Assembly: GCA_964448075.1 (NCBI GenBank)
Contig: CAYUUR010000002.1
Location: 94,010 to 158,009, forward strand
From: an uncultured Candidatus Saccharibacteria bacterium
Lineage (GTDB): Bacteria; Patescibacteriota; Saccharimonadia; Saccharimonadales; CAYUUR01
DNA length: 64,000 nt
Direction of reading: 5' to 3'
Positions 37,705 to 48,076 of the stretch are shown here, one piece after another (within the stretch, counting starts at the first letter, position 1; each line of letters opens with the position of its first letter). The notes under the pieces are model-generated. The model was not told the origin of the DNA and made no database searches. It saw nothing but the letters and a program-made list of their open reading frames with translations. Both the position numbers and the translations under genes were made by a program.

Positions 37705-39371
37705 TACATTTTCTCTGGCGCAGGAATGTTGAGTAGCTCTAAACCTGTCTTCAATGTATTCGCATATGCCTTCACAAGCATCAATCGCACGGCCTCGCGG
37801 TCATCACCTATTACGCGATTTTGCTCATAGAAACGATTGAATACTTGAGATAATTCATACAGATACGTACAAATATGATGTGGCATAAGGTCGCTGACCG
37901 CCAGATCAACTGCCTCATGATACATGCCAAGCTTACGGACAAGGCTGCGTTCACCGGGCTGTAAGTCATCTGGCTCACCTTTCGTGGCCGATTTCTTAGC
38001 TAGAATCGAACAGGCGCGGGCATGCGCATATTGAAGGTATGGACCGGAGTTACCTTCCAGCGCAATTGATTCTTCGGGATCATAAATCACATCACCGCCG
38101 ATACGGTTTTTGATAAACGCGTAGCGGACTGCTGCCAGTACAGTATCTGTTGTGACATCACGGCCAGATTTTTGGGCGGCTTGCATGGCGGAGTCGAGAA
38201 TATCGGTGGCACGCAGGATGTTGCCTTTGCGTGAGCTCATTTTGACACCACCGGCCAGCTTCACCATGCCGTGCGTGAGGTGCTGCGTACGCTCAACAAC
38301 CTCTGGGTGGAAATTGCTGAGTGCCAGTAATACGACTTTCATATATTCGACGATGTCGTTCCCTGTAATCATGACACTCATGTCAAAGTGATAGTCTTGC
38401 CATTTACGCTGGGCTAGCCCAAGGTCCTTTGCCTCATAGGTCGGCAGGCCTTGTGAGTTCAAAAATACCCGCGTGTGGAGCCCATACGATTCACCATCAA
38501 ATATCACCGCACCATCAGATTTTTTGAACACACCGCGTTCAAGCCCGGCTTCTACGGTCGCAATACCGGGTGGAGTTGTTTCGCTCTCGGGGTAGTATTT
38601 GTCGAATGGCACCATACCGAGTTGGGCATACAGCCGGTCAAACCCGTCGTAACTCCACTGCCGACAAGTCCAGTAGATTTGTGCAAACGGCGATTCGTGA
38701 TCGTCAGTCGCGTGAATTGCATAAATTTGTGCGTTGTAGTCAGTGATTTGTTGTTTGGCTGTGGCATCGTCCTCGAAGGCTGCATTACCCTCAACATAAC
38801 GTGCGCTCACCCAATCCAAATGCTCATCCTCTGGAATTGTTGCTAGCTTTTCAGGATACTCACCGCCTAGCTTTTGTATAATTGCCCACATAGTCATTGC
38901 CACGTGCCGACCAACGTCACCACCGAAGTTAACACGCTTAACATCCGCACCGGCCGCTTCTAGTATCTTGGCAATCGAGTCCCCCACCAGGCTTGTGTAC
39001 AGATGCCCCGCATGGAGCACTTTGAATGGATTCGGATCAGAATACTCTGCCACCACTGTCTTACCCTTAAGTGCTTGCTGAGATATCTCACTGGTCAGCT
39101 GCCACAGAGCTTGGTCGCTGAGTGTTATATTCAAAAACCCAGGACCAGCTACTGCAACACCGGCGATTGAGCCATCATTGTTTTCTTCGGCGTATTCCTT
39201 GAGTTGTTCAGCGATTTCGCGCGGTGATTTCTCAAGTTTGCCAGCCAGTTGCAGCGCTACGTTGGTAGCATAATCACCGAATTGTTCATCGGGACGTGTC
39301 AGTGCTGGCTCAATCGTTACATTGAACAATTCTTCGCACGCTGTAGTGAGTAGCTCCACAAGATAGGTCAT
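37704..39371 (-). CDS. argS: arginine--tRNA ligase
   Basis: NPFKVLHAGHLYTS (HIGH-type) and KMSSRKG. C-terminal anticodon-binding domain ends with M. Confidence 0.95.
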   Translation of the reverse strand: MTYLVELLTTACEELFNVTIEPALTRPDEQFGDYATNVALQLAGKLEKSPREIAEQLKEYAEENNDGSIAGVAVAGPGFLNITLSDQALWQLTSEISQQALKGKTVVAEYSDPNPFKVLHAGHLYTSLVGDSIAKILEAAGADVKRVNFGGDVGRHVAMTMWAIIQKLGGEYPEKLATIPEDEHLDWVSARYVEGNAAFEDDATAKQQITDYNAQIYAIHATDDHESPFAQIYWTCRQWSYDGFDRLYAQLGMVPFDKYYPESETTPPGIATVEAGLERGVFKKSDGAVIFDGESYGLHTRVFLNSQGLPTYEAKDLGLAQRKWQDYHFDMSVMITGNDIVEYMKVVLLALSNFHPEVVERTQHLTHGMVKLAGGVKMSSRKGNILRATDILDSAMQAAQKSGRDVTTDTVLAAVRYAFIKNRIGGDVIYDPEESIALEGNSGPYLQYAHARACSILAKKSATKGEPDDLQPGERSLVRKLGMYHEAVDLAVSDLMPHHICTYLYELSQVFNRFYEQNRVIGDDREAVRLMLVKAYANTLKTGLELLNIPAPEKM

Positions 39372-39392
39372 AACAGATGACAGTATAACAGA

Positions 39393-40076
39393 TTAGTCAC
39401 GGTTATTTTTTACTGCGAGTACGAGTTGATAGATTGACCAGTACACACTACTCAAGAGCAAGAAGAATACAAGCGTGGTTGAGAACGCTTGCGGGTGTTC
39501 TGAGGGGTTAATGAACCGCTCCGACACGTCAAAAAGGAGTCCAAACGGATTGAACAGAATATCCCAGGTGTTCCAGCGCAAGTACCGTCCTAGATAGATC
39601 GCAAATGCACACAAAAGTAATGCCAGTGCTACCAAACCATGCGCGTTCCGGCGCTTGAACCGTACTAATGCAGCTTGATGCATCAGATATAGACTGATAT
39701 ACCCTGCTAAAAAACCACTCCAAATAAATGCCATCATCATGACGACGTCATAGAGCAGGCTAATGTCACCGGTTGAACGTAAGTGGATCAAATCACTGAC
39801 GATATAAAAGCTGTTGGGCAAAAATCCAAGCCAAAGGACTGCTAACAGCACGTTTTGCCAGGCTAGCAGCCGTGTACCTGGCAAGCGCCTAACTAAAAGG
39901 TACGCGAAAGGTAACGGCAAAAAACCCAGAATTAAGTTCCATGGCAAAAACCAAAAGTCGAGATTGCCGGTTGCAAAGAAACGGAGCGTCAGCAAACCTA
40001 TAGCCACACCGCTACTCACACCTAATGCCATGAGTACGCGTTTGTTTTGTTCGTGCTGCTGTTTTGACATAGGCAT
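39393..40076 (-). CDS. DUF1361-like polytopic membrane protein
   Basis: FLPWNLILGFLPLPFAYLL and NSFYIVSDLIHL patterns, about 6 TM. Confidence 0.6.
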   Translation of the reverse strand: MPMSKQQHEQNKRVLMALGVSSGVAIGLLTLRFFATGNLDFWFLPWNLILGFLPLPFAYLLVRRLPGTRLLAWQNVLLAVLWLGFLPNSFYIVSDLIHLRSTGDISLLYDVVMMMAFIWSGFLAGYISLYLMHQAALVRFKRRNAHGLVALALLLCAFAIYLGRYLRWNTWDILFNPFGLLFDVSERFINPSEHPQAFSTTLVFFLLLSSVYWSIYQLVLAVKNNRD

Positions 40077-40132
40077 ATTATAGCAAACAGAGGTCGCAAG
40101 TGTTGCATGCAGTGCGCTATAATGGCTACAAG

Positions 40133-40756
40133 ATGAAAACCGCTTCGCCCATTACCTTCGTGCAAACGACCGTCAAATCCGCCTTCAACCAGCTCGCGCG
40201 TTTATTGAATTTTATAAGCCGCGGAAGACTGCATCCAAACATGGTTACCATGTTTAGTTTTCTCGGTCACGTACCCATTGCAATCTTAATAGCCACCGAT
40301 CACCACATTATCGCCGGTCTCTTACTGATTGTCTTTGGCCTAATGGACACGTTAGATGGTGCCTTGGCGCGCTTGCAGAACCGTGCGAGCAATAAGGGCA
40401 TGTTTCTCGACTCAGTAACTGATCGTATCAAAGAAGTCATGCTCTACGTTGGAATAGCTTACTTCTTTGTGAGCTACCTCGACCCTAAGCTTGCCGTCTG
40501 GGCTGTGGCAGCCTGTGGAATTTCTGTTGCTGTGAGCTATTTGAACGCATGGGGCGAGGTTGTGACTGCCGATTTGCCAAAACTCCATGTCAAAAACAGT
40601 GCCTTTCGGAATGGACTCATGAGTTATGACATCCGTATGTTCTGTCTCGTTGTAGGTCTCCTGTTTGGCGTCTTAGAACAGGCGGTCATCATAGTTGCCG
40701 TGCTTTCTTGTCTTACCGTATTACAGCGCTTCAATAATGTTTACAAGAGGTTGTAG
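40133..40756 (+). CDS. CDP-alcohol phosphatidyltransferase family protein
   Basis: DTLDGALARLQNRASNKGMFLDSVTDRIKE matches D(x)2DG(x)2AR...G(x)3D(x)3D. ATG 40133 is preferred because a perfect TATAAT (40118-40123) lies between it and the GTG 40100 of the track ORF. Confidence 0.8.
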   Translation: MKTASPITFVQTTVKSAFNQLARLLNFISRGRLHPNMVTMFSFLGHVPIAILIATDHHIIAGLLLIVFGLMDTLDGALARLQNRASNKGMFLDSVTDRIKEVMLYVGIAYFFVSYLDPKLAVWAVAACGISVAVSYLNAWGEVVTADLPKLHVKNSAFRNGLMSYDIRMFCLVVGLLFGVLEQAVIIVAVLSCLTVLQRFNNVYKRL

Positions 40757-40759
40757 CCG

Positions 40760-41416
40760 GTGTTTAAAGTAGACCTTCATACGCATTCAAATCTATCGAA
40801 GGATGGCGGTATAACTGAGGCACAATACCGGTATATACTTGAGCAAGGCAACCTAGACTGCATAGCTATCGCTGACCACAACCAGATTGACTTTGCCGTG
40901 CTGCTTCAGCGCTCGCTCGGCAATAAAATAATTGTCGGGGAAGAAATAATGACCAATCGCGGCGAGATTATAGGTCTCTATCTTACGCAGCTCGTCGCAC
41001 CACACCAATCGCCGCTGGATACTGCCAAGGCCATCCGCGCACAAGGTGGTCTCGTCTACATTCCTCACCCATTTGAGACTGTACGTCATGGTCTACAGGA
41101 GTCCGATATGGAAGCAATCAGCGATTACATTGATATCGTTGAGGTCCATAACGGCCGAGCTGTCCTTCAGAACCGCAGCAATAAGGCTCTGTTGTGGTCT
41201 ACTATGCATCAGAAACCATGGGCCGCGAGTAGTGATGCGCATGGCGCCAAAGGACTAGGTAAAACCTACACCATCCTCAAGGAAATGCCAGAACATGCTA
41301 CACTGCTAGACCTCGTCACAAAGGGCCAAGCCATCGTGGCGCGACCGCCAATGAAAACGCTCCTCTACCCTAAATTTAATCGCGTCAAAAAACGACTACA
41401 CAAAGGTTCAAACTAA
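40760..41416 (+). CDS. PHP-domain metal-dependent phosphoesterase
   Basis: GTG start. VDLHTHSNLSKDG, IADHN, YIPHPF and SSDAHG are PHP His/Asp motifs. Confidence 0.8.
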   Translation: MFKVDLHTHSNLSKDGGITEAQYRYILEQGNLDCIAIADHNQIDFAVLLQRSLGNKIIVGEEIMTNRGEIIGLYLTQLVAPHQSPLDTAKAIRAQGGLVYIPHPFETVRHGLQESDMEAISDYIDIVEVHNGRAVLQNRSNKALLWSTMHQKPWAASSDAHGAKGLGKTYTILKEMPEHATLLDLVTKGQAIVARPPMKTLLYPKFNRVKKRLHKGSN

Positions 41417-41964
41417 TGGATACTATCTGGTTTGCTATCTGGTTCTTCCTGCCGGCAGGCGTTGCTAATGCAACACCGGTATTCGCCAACAAGATCCCCG
41501 TGCTTAACCGCTGGAAAACTCCACTTGACTTCGGTAAGTCATACCGTGGCAAACGTATCTTTGGCGCAAACAAAACCTGGCGTGGCTTAGTATTTGGTAG
41601 CTTCATCGGCGCCCTTACAGGTGTACTCATTGCCATCGTCTATCCACCATCTGCGAGCGCTGCTGGCATAGCTCCATTACTTCCAAAGGCAAGTATGGCG
41701 CTGCTTGGCGGCTTACTGGGTCTCGGTGCCTTAAGCGGCGATGCGGTTGAAAGCTTCTTTAAACGACAACAAGGCGTTGCCGCCGGCAGAAGTTGGTTCC
41801 CTTTCGACCAGATTGACTACATTATTGGCGGGTTGTTGCTTTCATCAATTGTGGTGCAGTTATCACTTACCGAATATCTTGTCGTCGCAGTAACCTGGTT
41901 TGTACTACATGTCGTCTCGGCATATATCGGCTACCTACTCAAACTCAAAGACACACCTATCTAG
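41416..41964 (+). CDS. CDP-archaeol synthase (CarS/DUF46) family membrane protein
   Basis: FFLPAGVANATPVFA...PLDFGKSYRGKRIFGANKTWRGLVFG...GDAVESFFKRQ aligns with archaeal CarS. TAATG overlap with the PHP gene. Confidence 0.75.
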   Translation: MDTIWFAIWFFLPAGVANATPVFANKIPVLNRWKTPLDFGKSYRGKRIFGANKTWRGLVFGSFIGALTGVLIAIVYPPSASAAGIAPLLPKASMALLGGLLGLGALSGDAVESFFKRQQGVAAGRSWFPFDQIDYIIGGLLLSSIVVQLSLTEYLVVAVTWFVLHVVSAYIGYLLKLKDTPI

Positions 41965-42368
41965 TTCTGATCTTCTCTCAGTTGTTCAAGCAAATATTCA
42001 GGAGACCCCAAGTAATCATCGATTGCTTCTTGCGCGCCGGGCAAAATGTGCAGTTCGGCATCAGCGCCATTGCCAACCCGACAAACAACCTCACCAAGGC
42101 CGTCGATTATGTCGGCTTGGCCAAACCCTTTTTCGCCTTCTCTATCAATATAATACGTTCTAGCTTCTGAAATGTAATCCAGCAAAAATTCTGGATCGTA
42201 GATATCGCCAGAATCAACCGTCGCCACTGTACCTTCCGCCTGCTTGTCAGTACACACCTCAATAACTTCAGGTGGCTGCCCAGGACTTCCACAGCCGTTT
42301 AATAGCAAGCTTCCCACCGCTACTCCTACACCAAGACTCAGTTTTCGGACATTCAACAGTTCGCTCAT
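41961..42368 (-). CDS. putative lipoprotein, hypothetical
   Basis: Signal peptide with lipobox LLLNGC, acidic mature part. Confidence 0.55.
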   Translation of the reverse strand: MSELLNVRKLSLGVGVAVGSLLLNGCGSPGQPPEVIEVCTDKQAEGTVATVDSGDIYDPEFLLDYISEARTYYIDREGEKGFGQADIIDGLGEVVCRVGNGADAELHILPGAQEAIDDYLGSPEYLLEQLREDQN

Positions 42369-42461
42369 GTAATTTTTCTCCTTGTTACGGGAATATTGAC
42401 ATGCAACCTAGAAAATGGCAAGCATAAGCAAACCTTTCGACTTACCGTTTTCTAAATTCTA

Positions 42462-43262
42462 CTAAACTACTTGTGGTCGTTGGGCACGTGCCACAATGGC
42501 GGCTTGCCAACGGCGCGGTAGAACCCGTGTCAGCTGAGTAGCAAGCTTGTTACGACGTCCATGCACTGCAATGCGCCGACCCCGCTTCATAGCAGCAAAT
42601 CCAAAATGAGCAACTACTTCTGCCGTGGGCAATTTGCCACTAAATATTCCAGCTTTTGAAGCATGTGAGGTTTTTGCAAAGCCTGTTTTGGTCGGGCCAG
42701 GACAGAGCGCTGTCACCGTTACACCGCTGCTTTGCCATTCTTGGCTCAGTGCCTGACTCAGACTCAACACATATGCTTTTGTAGCGTAATACACTGCCAT
42801 ATATGGTCCAGGCAAAAACGCCGCCGTGCTGGCCACATTCATAATCCGGCCTGACTTCTGTTCGACCATATCGGCGCCAAACAGCCGCGCAAGCACCGTC
42901 AATGCAGTAACATTAACTGCAATCATATCCATAGCAACCGCTGGCTGACTCTCAGTAAAGGCTCCGAAATCCCCAAAACCAGCATTGTTTATGAGTATCT
43001 CGACATTACATTTACGTTGCTGGGTCAGTTGATATAACTTCTTAGACGTGTGCTCGTCGGACAAGTCACCACTGAAAACCAAGCTCTTCACGCTGTGCTT
43101 TTTCTCGATTTCGCGGGATAGTCTGCGCAAATCTTGTTCACCGCGACCTGCCAACACAACATGATACCCATCTTGAGCACATTCATGCGCCAAGGCGCGA
43201 CCAATACCGCCGCTTGCTCCGGTAATTACCGCCCATGAGTCCTTTTTAGTCTGTTGTTTCAT
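42462..43262 (-). CDS. SDR family oxidoreductase
   Basis: VITGASGGIGRALA, NNAG and YYATKAY. Confidence 0.85.
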   Translation of the reverse strand: MKQQTKKDSWAVITGASGGIGRALAHECAQDGYHVVLAGRGEQDLRRLSREIEKKHSVKSLVFSGDLSDEHTSKKLYQLTQQRKCNVEILINNAGFGDFGAFTESQPAVAMDMIAVNVTALTVLARLFGADMVEQKSGRIMNVASTAAFLPGPYMAVYYATKAYVLSLSQALSQEWQSSGVTVTALCPGPTKTGFAKTSHASKAGIFSGKLPTAEVVAHFGFAAMKRGRRIAVHGRRNKLATQLTRVLPRRWQAAIVARAQRPQVV

Positions 43263-44299
43263 GTATTGAGTGTTGTTTTGAACTTTTCTATCAGCGCCAC
43301 AGGCGTTGGATCAACGCCATTGAGCAGTGCCAAATAAACACTGACGTAATCACCGAGAGCAATAGCCCAGAGCATCTGCTCGAGGATTGAATCGCCCACC
43401 ACTTTCACCTCAATTGCCGCCGGGCGCATGCCGCTTAATAGCTTACTTGCAACCTCAAAGCGCTTTTGCACCCGCGAATTATCTAGATTCGACCGCAGGT
43501 CGACAACTGCATACGGCTTCTCAACTGGCTGCCCTGTCCAGCCAAGCATTTCGTTGTGGTTAAATTCTGGGTACTGGTTACACCACGCCACATTTTTGGC
43601 GTTTTCGTTCATGTTGATCTTCCATTTGTACGCTACCGGGAAGAGCGCTGGACCACTGTAAATAACGACTGATTTACCCATGAGGTCCTGAGCAATCTGC
43701 TTGGCGTAGTTTTTTTTGCTGGGGACGGTCGGGAGCCATGTTTCGAGCTGCCCTTCAAGCCAGCCAGCAGCTTGATGCAAGGTTTTTATGCTGTCCTGCG
43801 GCACTAAACCAACGTCATGCAACAGCTGCACGAGTGCAGCGAAGTTATAAAACACCGCCATGCGCGGCTGTAACCCAGTAGGAATCTCAAACAATGGATA
43901 CCCCCTGGTCTTTGCTACTTCTGAGAGCTTACCGCCGGCCGCAACAACGACAACCCGCGCGCCTCTAGCCTCAGCAGCCGCCAGAGCTGCCAACGTTTCT
44001 TCCGTGTTACCTGAATAGCTTGAAACGATAAATAATGTGTCTGCGTCAACGTAGCCGGGGATTTCGTAGTTGCGCACCACCTCAAAAGGCACTTGAACTC
44101 CCGGCCAACTCTGCACCATAAGTGCCGCCAATGCCGAACCGCCCATGCCCGCCAATACGACATTGTAAATCGGTTTTTCATCTGCATGTTGTACGAGCTC
44201 CGTATGATAAGCATATAAAAGTTGCTGGCATTGCTTCTGCACAATCCCCAAGGCGTCATGGGTATCACGTTCGTGAATAACTTTCAGGTCATCAAGCAT
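43259..44299 (-). CDS. bifunctional phosphoglucose/phosphomannose isomerase-type SIS protein
   Basis: VVLAGMGGSALAA, SYSGNTEET, and C-terminal pattern typical of archaeal-type PGI/PMI. Confidence 0.75.
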   Translation of the reverse strand: MLDDLKVIHERDTHDALGIVQKQCQQLLYAYHTELVQHADEKPIYNVVLAGMGGSALAALMVQSWPGVQVPFEVVRNYEIPGYVDADTLFIVSSYSGNTEETLAALAAAEARGARVVVVAAGGKLSEVAKTRGYPLFEIPTGLQPRMAVFYNFAALVQLLHDVGLVPQDSIKTLHQAAGWLEGQLETWLPTVPSKKNYAKQIAQDLMGKSVVIYSGPALFPVAYKWKINMNENAKNVAWCNQYPEFNHNEMLGWTGQPVEKPYAVVDLRSNLDNSRVQKRFEVASKLLSGMRPAAIEVKVVGDSILEQMLWAIALGDYVSVYLALLNGVDPTPVALIEKFKTTLNT

Positions 44300-44367
44300 G
44301 GTTTCTCCGGTTTAATACGTCTTTAGTATATGCTATTATACTCCTGAACAAATAATTCTAATGCTTA

Positions 44368-44937
44368 ATGGGGGCGGGTATGTTCGGTCAAGACGACACA
44401 AAAGACGATACACAAAATGGGGCAACCACAATTGAACCAACAACAGATGATACGGCGGCTTTGCCGGTAGCCGATGACGGCGCTGACACTGTATCTGACG
44501 TCGTTCCTTCAGACACCGAGTCAGACGCTACTGAGCTGCCTGTAGCAACAGATGATCAAGAACCGGCAGAAACGTCCGAGGAACCAGAGGCAGCCAGTGT
44601 AACTCCAGTAGAGGTCGAAGAGCCAGTCGCTGACGATACTCCGGCAGAAGCCACTACAGAGACTACCCCACCAGCCAACAATGACGAGCTACTCGAACTC
44701 AAAAAAGAAGCGCTCACCGACCTGGGACCTCTTGTCAGTCATCTAGATCAGACCCCTGAAGAACACTTTAAAACTACCATGATGCTCATCCAAGCAACCG
44801 ACAACGCCACGTTTGTAAAAGAAGCCTACGAAAGCGCTAAGAAGATTGGCGACGACGCTGTTCGCGCCCAAGCACTTCTCGACATCGTCAACGAAATAAA
44901 CTACTTCACCCAACAACACACAGAGACCAAAGAATAG
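44368..44937 (+). CDS. acidic hypothetical protein
   Basis: 189-aa ORF with a D/E/T-rich N-terminal half and a helical C-terminal half. Confidence 0.5.
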   Translation: MGAGMFGQDDTKDDTQNGATTIEPTTDDTAALPVADDGADTVSDVVPSDTESDATELPVATDDQEPAETSEEPEAASVTPVEVEEPVADDTPAEATTETTPPANNDELLELKKEALTDLGPLVSHLDQTPEEHFKTTMMLIQATDNATFVKEAYESAKKIGDDAVRAQALLDIVNEINYFTQQHTETKE

Positions 44938-44941
44938 ACAC

Positions 44942-45319
44942 TTAGGTTGTCTGGAAAACGGTAAAACTTTCTCCACCAGGGGTGAGTCGACGCGTCCGCG
45001 TCACGAGCTCGTTTTGTTGACTCAACAGCTGCGCAAGGTTTTGGTTGAGTGCTCTGAACTCGTTTTCGAGTGAGCCCATACGGTTCTCGAGCGCCATACT
45101 CCTTCGTAGTAATTGCTCGTATTGTATGGTCGTAATACGCGTCCTTTGTTGCTCCATAATTTGTACATAATTAAATACACGGTCACGGGCATGATCTACC
45201 GCCCCTTGAACGTCATTCTTGGTTATGAGCCGTTCGATAACTCGATTCTTTGCTTGATCGACTATCGTCTGGACCTCTTGTTTGCTTACGGTTACTGACA
45301 TATAACTTTTCCTCCACAC
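44942..45319 (-). CDS. coiled-coil hypothetical protein
   Basis: 125-aa ORF with heptad-like Q/L/R-rich sequence. Alternative start at ATG 45301. Confidence 0.45.
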   Translation of the reverse strand: MWRKSYMSVTVSKQEVQTIVDQAKNRVIERLITKNDVQGAVDHARDRVFNYVQIMEQQRTRITTIQYEQLLRRSMALENRMGSLENEFRALNQNLAQLLSQQNELVTRTRRLTPGGESFTVFQTT

Positions 45320-45466
45320 TTAAGTTAGTATGTTTTGGTGTAACCTGTTTGTTTTTACGATTCCCCCCTTCTTAGTTTGTTGACTACTTGCGGTAGTTGC
45401 GCCCTCGAGATTGTTGCAAAGTATTCTCTGATTGTATTATCCGCCTGTCAGCAGCCAAACGCAAGC

Positions 45467-45494
45467 GCGATGCTTCTCTCATGAGGAGCATCGC
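45467..45494. other. perfect stem-loop downstream of 45518..45949
   Basis: gcgatgcttctc-tcat-gaggagcatcgc: 12-bp stem including one G-U pair. No U-run. Confidence 0.4.
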
Positions 45495-45517
45495 AATGTT
45501 TGATTTACTAGTAATGA

Positions 45518-45949
45518 TTATAGGTCGAGGAGTGGGCCGGTACGAGGGATTTCTTCCTCTGTTGGGCCGGTGGTTGGAGTAGTCTCTGTTGCACTCGTCG
45601 AATCATCTGCTGTCGTGGAGTCTGATGGTTGTGACGAGCTTGATGACCCTGCATCTGTAGACGCGTCAGTGCTACTTTTGTCGTCAGTTGTTGGCGTGGT
45701 TCCAGTTGAGGTATTGGCTGAATCGGAGGTTTGTTCAGTTGTGGCAGTATTGTCGTCGTCGAATACGACACGGTACAGTGCACGACCACCGTAAAATACG
45801 GCTAGTACGATAATTACAGTTGCTACAAAGACACCGGCGCCGAGCAACCAAGAAGCACGATTCTTATCGCGTTCTTCGTGGGCGTAGTATTCTTTGATCT
45901 CAGTTGGTACGAGATCGGTCGATTTCTGGCGACGAAACGGTACATTCAT
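45518..45949 (-). CDS. membrane-anchored Ser/Thr/Asp-rich hypothetical protein
   Basis: TM segment WLLGAGVFVATVIIVLAVFYGG followed by a low-complexity STD-rich tail. Confidence 0.5.
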   Translation of the reverse strand: MNVPFRRQKSTDLVPTEIKEYYAHEERDKNRASWLLGAGVFVATVIIVLAVFYGGRALYRVVFDDDNTATTEQTSDSANTSTGTTPTTDDKSSTDASTDAGSSSSSQPSDSTTADDSTSATETTPTTGPTEEEIPRTGPLLDL

Positions 45950-46024
45950 AGTAGCAACTCCTTAAGCTATACATACTGTACTACAATATTGCTCTTTTAT
46001 CAATGTTCCGGTAACTCCGTACAT

Positions 46025-46052
46025 GAAAAGAAGCCCTGTTGGGCTTCTTTTC
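46025..46052. terminator. intrinsic terminator after groEL
   Basis: gaaaagaagccc-tgtt-gggcttcttttc: 9-bp GC-rich stem with flanking A/T runs, 40 nt after the groEL stop. Confidence 0.7.
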
Positions 46053-46091
46053 TGACAGGTCGAATAATTCCGCCATCGGCTAACACATAAG

Positions 46092-47738
46092 CTACATGCC
46101 CATCATGCCGCCGCCCATACCGCCACCAGCTGGCATCGCCGGCTCTTCCTTTGGTACTTCGGCAACAAGCGCACCCATAGTCATGCCAGTGCCGGCTATC
46201 GAGACAGAGTTCTGAATCGCTTCACGGGTTACCCGGACAGGGTCAACCACGCCAGCTGCCTTCATGTCGACGAGCGCTTTAGGGTCATTTACATCAACAC
46301 CTTGGCCGGCTTTGCCATTCTTGACCTGAGGTAGCCACTCATCAGCGTTCAGACCGGCGTTTTCCATCAGGATTCTAAATGGCTTCTCGAGCGCGTTCAC
46401 CAGAAGTTGCTTCCCTGCTGCGACCGAGTCATTGCCATCGACTTTAACTTTGCTGGCAACGTTAACGAGAGTCACGCCACCGCCAGAAACAATCCCTTCT
46501 TCAAGTGCCGCCTTAACAGCCGCAACCGCGTCATCAACCCGGAATTTCTTTTCTTCAATCTCAGTCTCCGTTGCACCACCGACTTTGATAACCGCAACTT
46601 TGCCGCTGAGCGCCGCACGACGCTGATCAAGGTTGTCGCGGTCGTAATCACTGGCAGCTGTTTTGGCCTGCGCGCTAATCTGTGCAATGCGCGCTTTCAA
46701 GTTAGCTGCGCTACCAGCGCCTTCAATAATGGTAGTTTCATCCTTTGTAACCAATACCTTACGAGCACTACCAATAACGTCCATGTCGACGTTCTCAAAG
46801 TCCATGCCTCGGCCGTCAGTAATCACTTGACCACCCGTAAGCACTGCGATATCCTCAAGGATTTCGCTACGACGCTCGCCAAAGGCAGGTGCCTTCACGG
46901 CAATCGTGTTAAAGACGCCTTTGAGCTTGTTGAGCACCAGCGTACCCAACGCTTCACCGTCAACGTCTTCGGCAATCAGCACCAAGTCTTTCTTGCCAGC
47001 TTGCGCTAATTTCTCAAGGAGTGGCAAGAATTCTTGGATTGAGCTAATCTTCTTGTCTGTAATAACAATAGCGGGCTTTTCGGCAATCGCCTCCATGCGC
47101 GTCGTATCAGTTACCATATATGGACTGACAAAGCCGCGGTCAAACGTGAAGCCTTCAACAACTTCTTTTTCGAGATCAAGCCCTTGACCTTCCTCAACCG
47201 TCACCACGCCATCTTTACCAACCTGATCAATCACGTCAGCGATAAGGTTACCAATCTCAGCATCACCTGCTGAGATAGTGGCGACTTCAGCGACGCGTGA
47301 CTTCTTGCTCTTGATGTCTTCGCTCATTTTGCCAAGTTGCGCAATCACATCGTGTGACGCCGCTTCAAGCCCTTTACGGAGTAACATCGGGTTATGACCA
47401 GCAGCAATCAGCTTGTTGGCTTCGTTGAGGATATGATACGTCAGTACGGTCACGGTGGTGGTACCGTCACCAGCCACGTCATTCATTTTGCTGGCGGCTT
47501 GCTTTATAAGCTCTGCACCGACCTTATAACCGAGTGTTTCGTCGTCTTTGTCTTCGATCTCCACGCCTTTTGCTACGGTCACACCATCATGCGTAACTGT
47601 CGGAGCTCCATAACTTTTATCAATCACCACGTTACGGCCTTTTGGCCCCATGGTTGTCTTTACGGCGTTGTACAGAATCTCCGCACCAGCCAAGACTCGG
47701 CGGCGGGCATCGTCATCATAAAATACTTTCTTTGCCAT
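46092..47738 (-). CDS. groEL: chaperonin GroEL
   Basis: AKKVFYDDDARRRV, TTTVTVL, AAVEEGIVSGGG and the C-terminal GGMGGGMMGM. Confidence 0.97.
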   Translation of the reverse strand: MAKKVFYDDDARRRVLAGAEILYNAVKTTMGPKGRNVVIDKSYGAPTVTHDGVTVAKGVEIEDKDDETLGYKVGAELIKQAASKMNDVAGDGTTTVTVLTYHILNEANKLIAAGHNPMLLRKGLEAASHDVIAQLGKMSEDIKSKKSRVAEVATISAGDAEIGNLIADVIDQVGKDGVVTVEEGQGLDLEKEVVEGFTFDRGFVSPYMVTDTTRMEAIAEKPAIVITDKKISSIQEFLPLLEKLAQAGKKDLVLIAEDVDGEALGTLVLNKLKGVFNTIAVKAPAFGERRSEILEDIAVLTGGQVITDGRGMDFENVDMDVIGSARKVLVTKDETTIIEGAGSAANLKARIAQISAQAKTAASDYDRDNLDQRRAALSGKVAVIKVGGATETEIEEKKFRVDDAVAAVKAALEEGIVSGGGVTLVNVASKVKVDGNDSVAAGKQLLVNALEKPFRILMENAGLNADEWLPQVKNGKAGQGVDVNDPKALVDMKAAGVVDPVRVTREAIQNSVSIAGTGMTMGALVAEVPKEEPAMPAGGGMGGGMMGM

Positions 47739-48043
47739 TACTTATCTCCCTTCTTTACAGTCGCGAGTACATCTTCTTCTTTAACCAAGATGTAGGCTTC
47801 GCCGGCCACTGTAACATCTGTTGTGCTGTAGCTTTTGTAGATAATCTGGTCTCCAACTTTTAATTCCATCGGAATTCGTTCATTGTCATCGCCAACCTTG
47901 CCGGGGCCAACTGCTACAACAGTAGCTGTCTTTGGTTTTTCCTGTGCGCTATCTGGTATGTAGAGTCCGCTGGCTGTTTTAGTCTTGGCCTTTTCGGCCT
48001 GCGCAACCACATAGTCGCCGAGTGGCTTAATCGATACACTCAT
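47738..48043 (-). CDS. groES: co-chaperonin GroES
   Basis: IKPLGDYVVAQ ... SGLYIPDSAQEKPKTATVVAVGPG. 1-nt overlap with the groEL start. Confidence 0.95.
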   Translation of the reverse strand: MSVSIKPLGDYVVAQAEKAKTKTASGLYIPDSAQEKPKTATVVAVGPGKVGDDNERIPMELKVGDQIIYKSYSTTDVTVAGEAYILVKEEDVLATVKKGDK

Positions 48044-48076
48044 TACAATCCTCCTTCACTAATTTTCAGTAATGAG

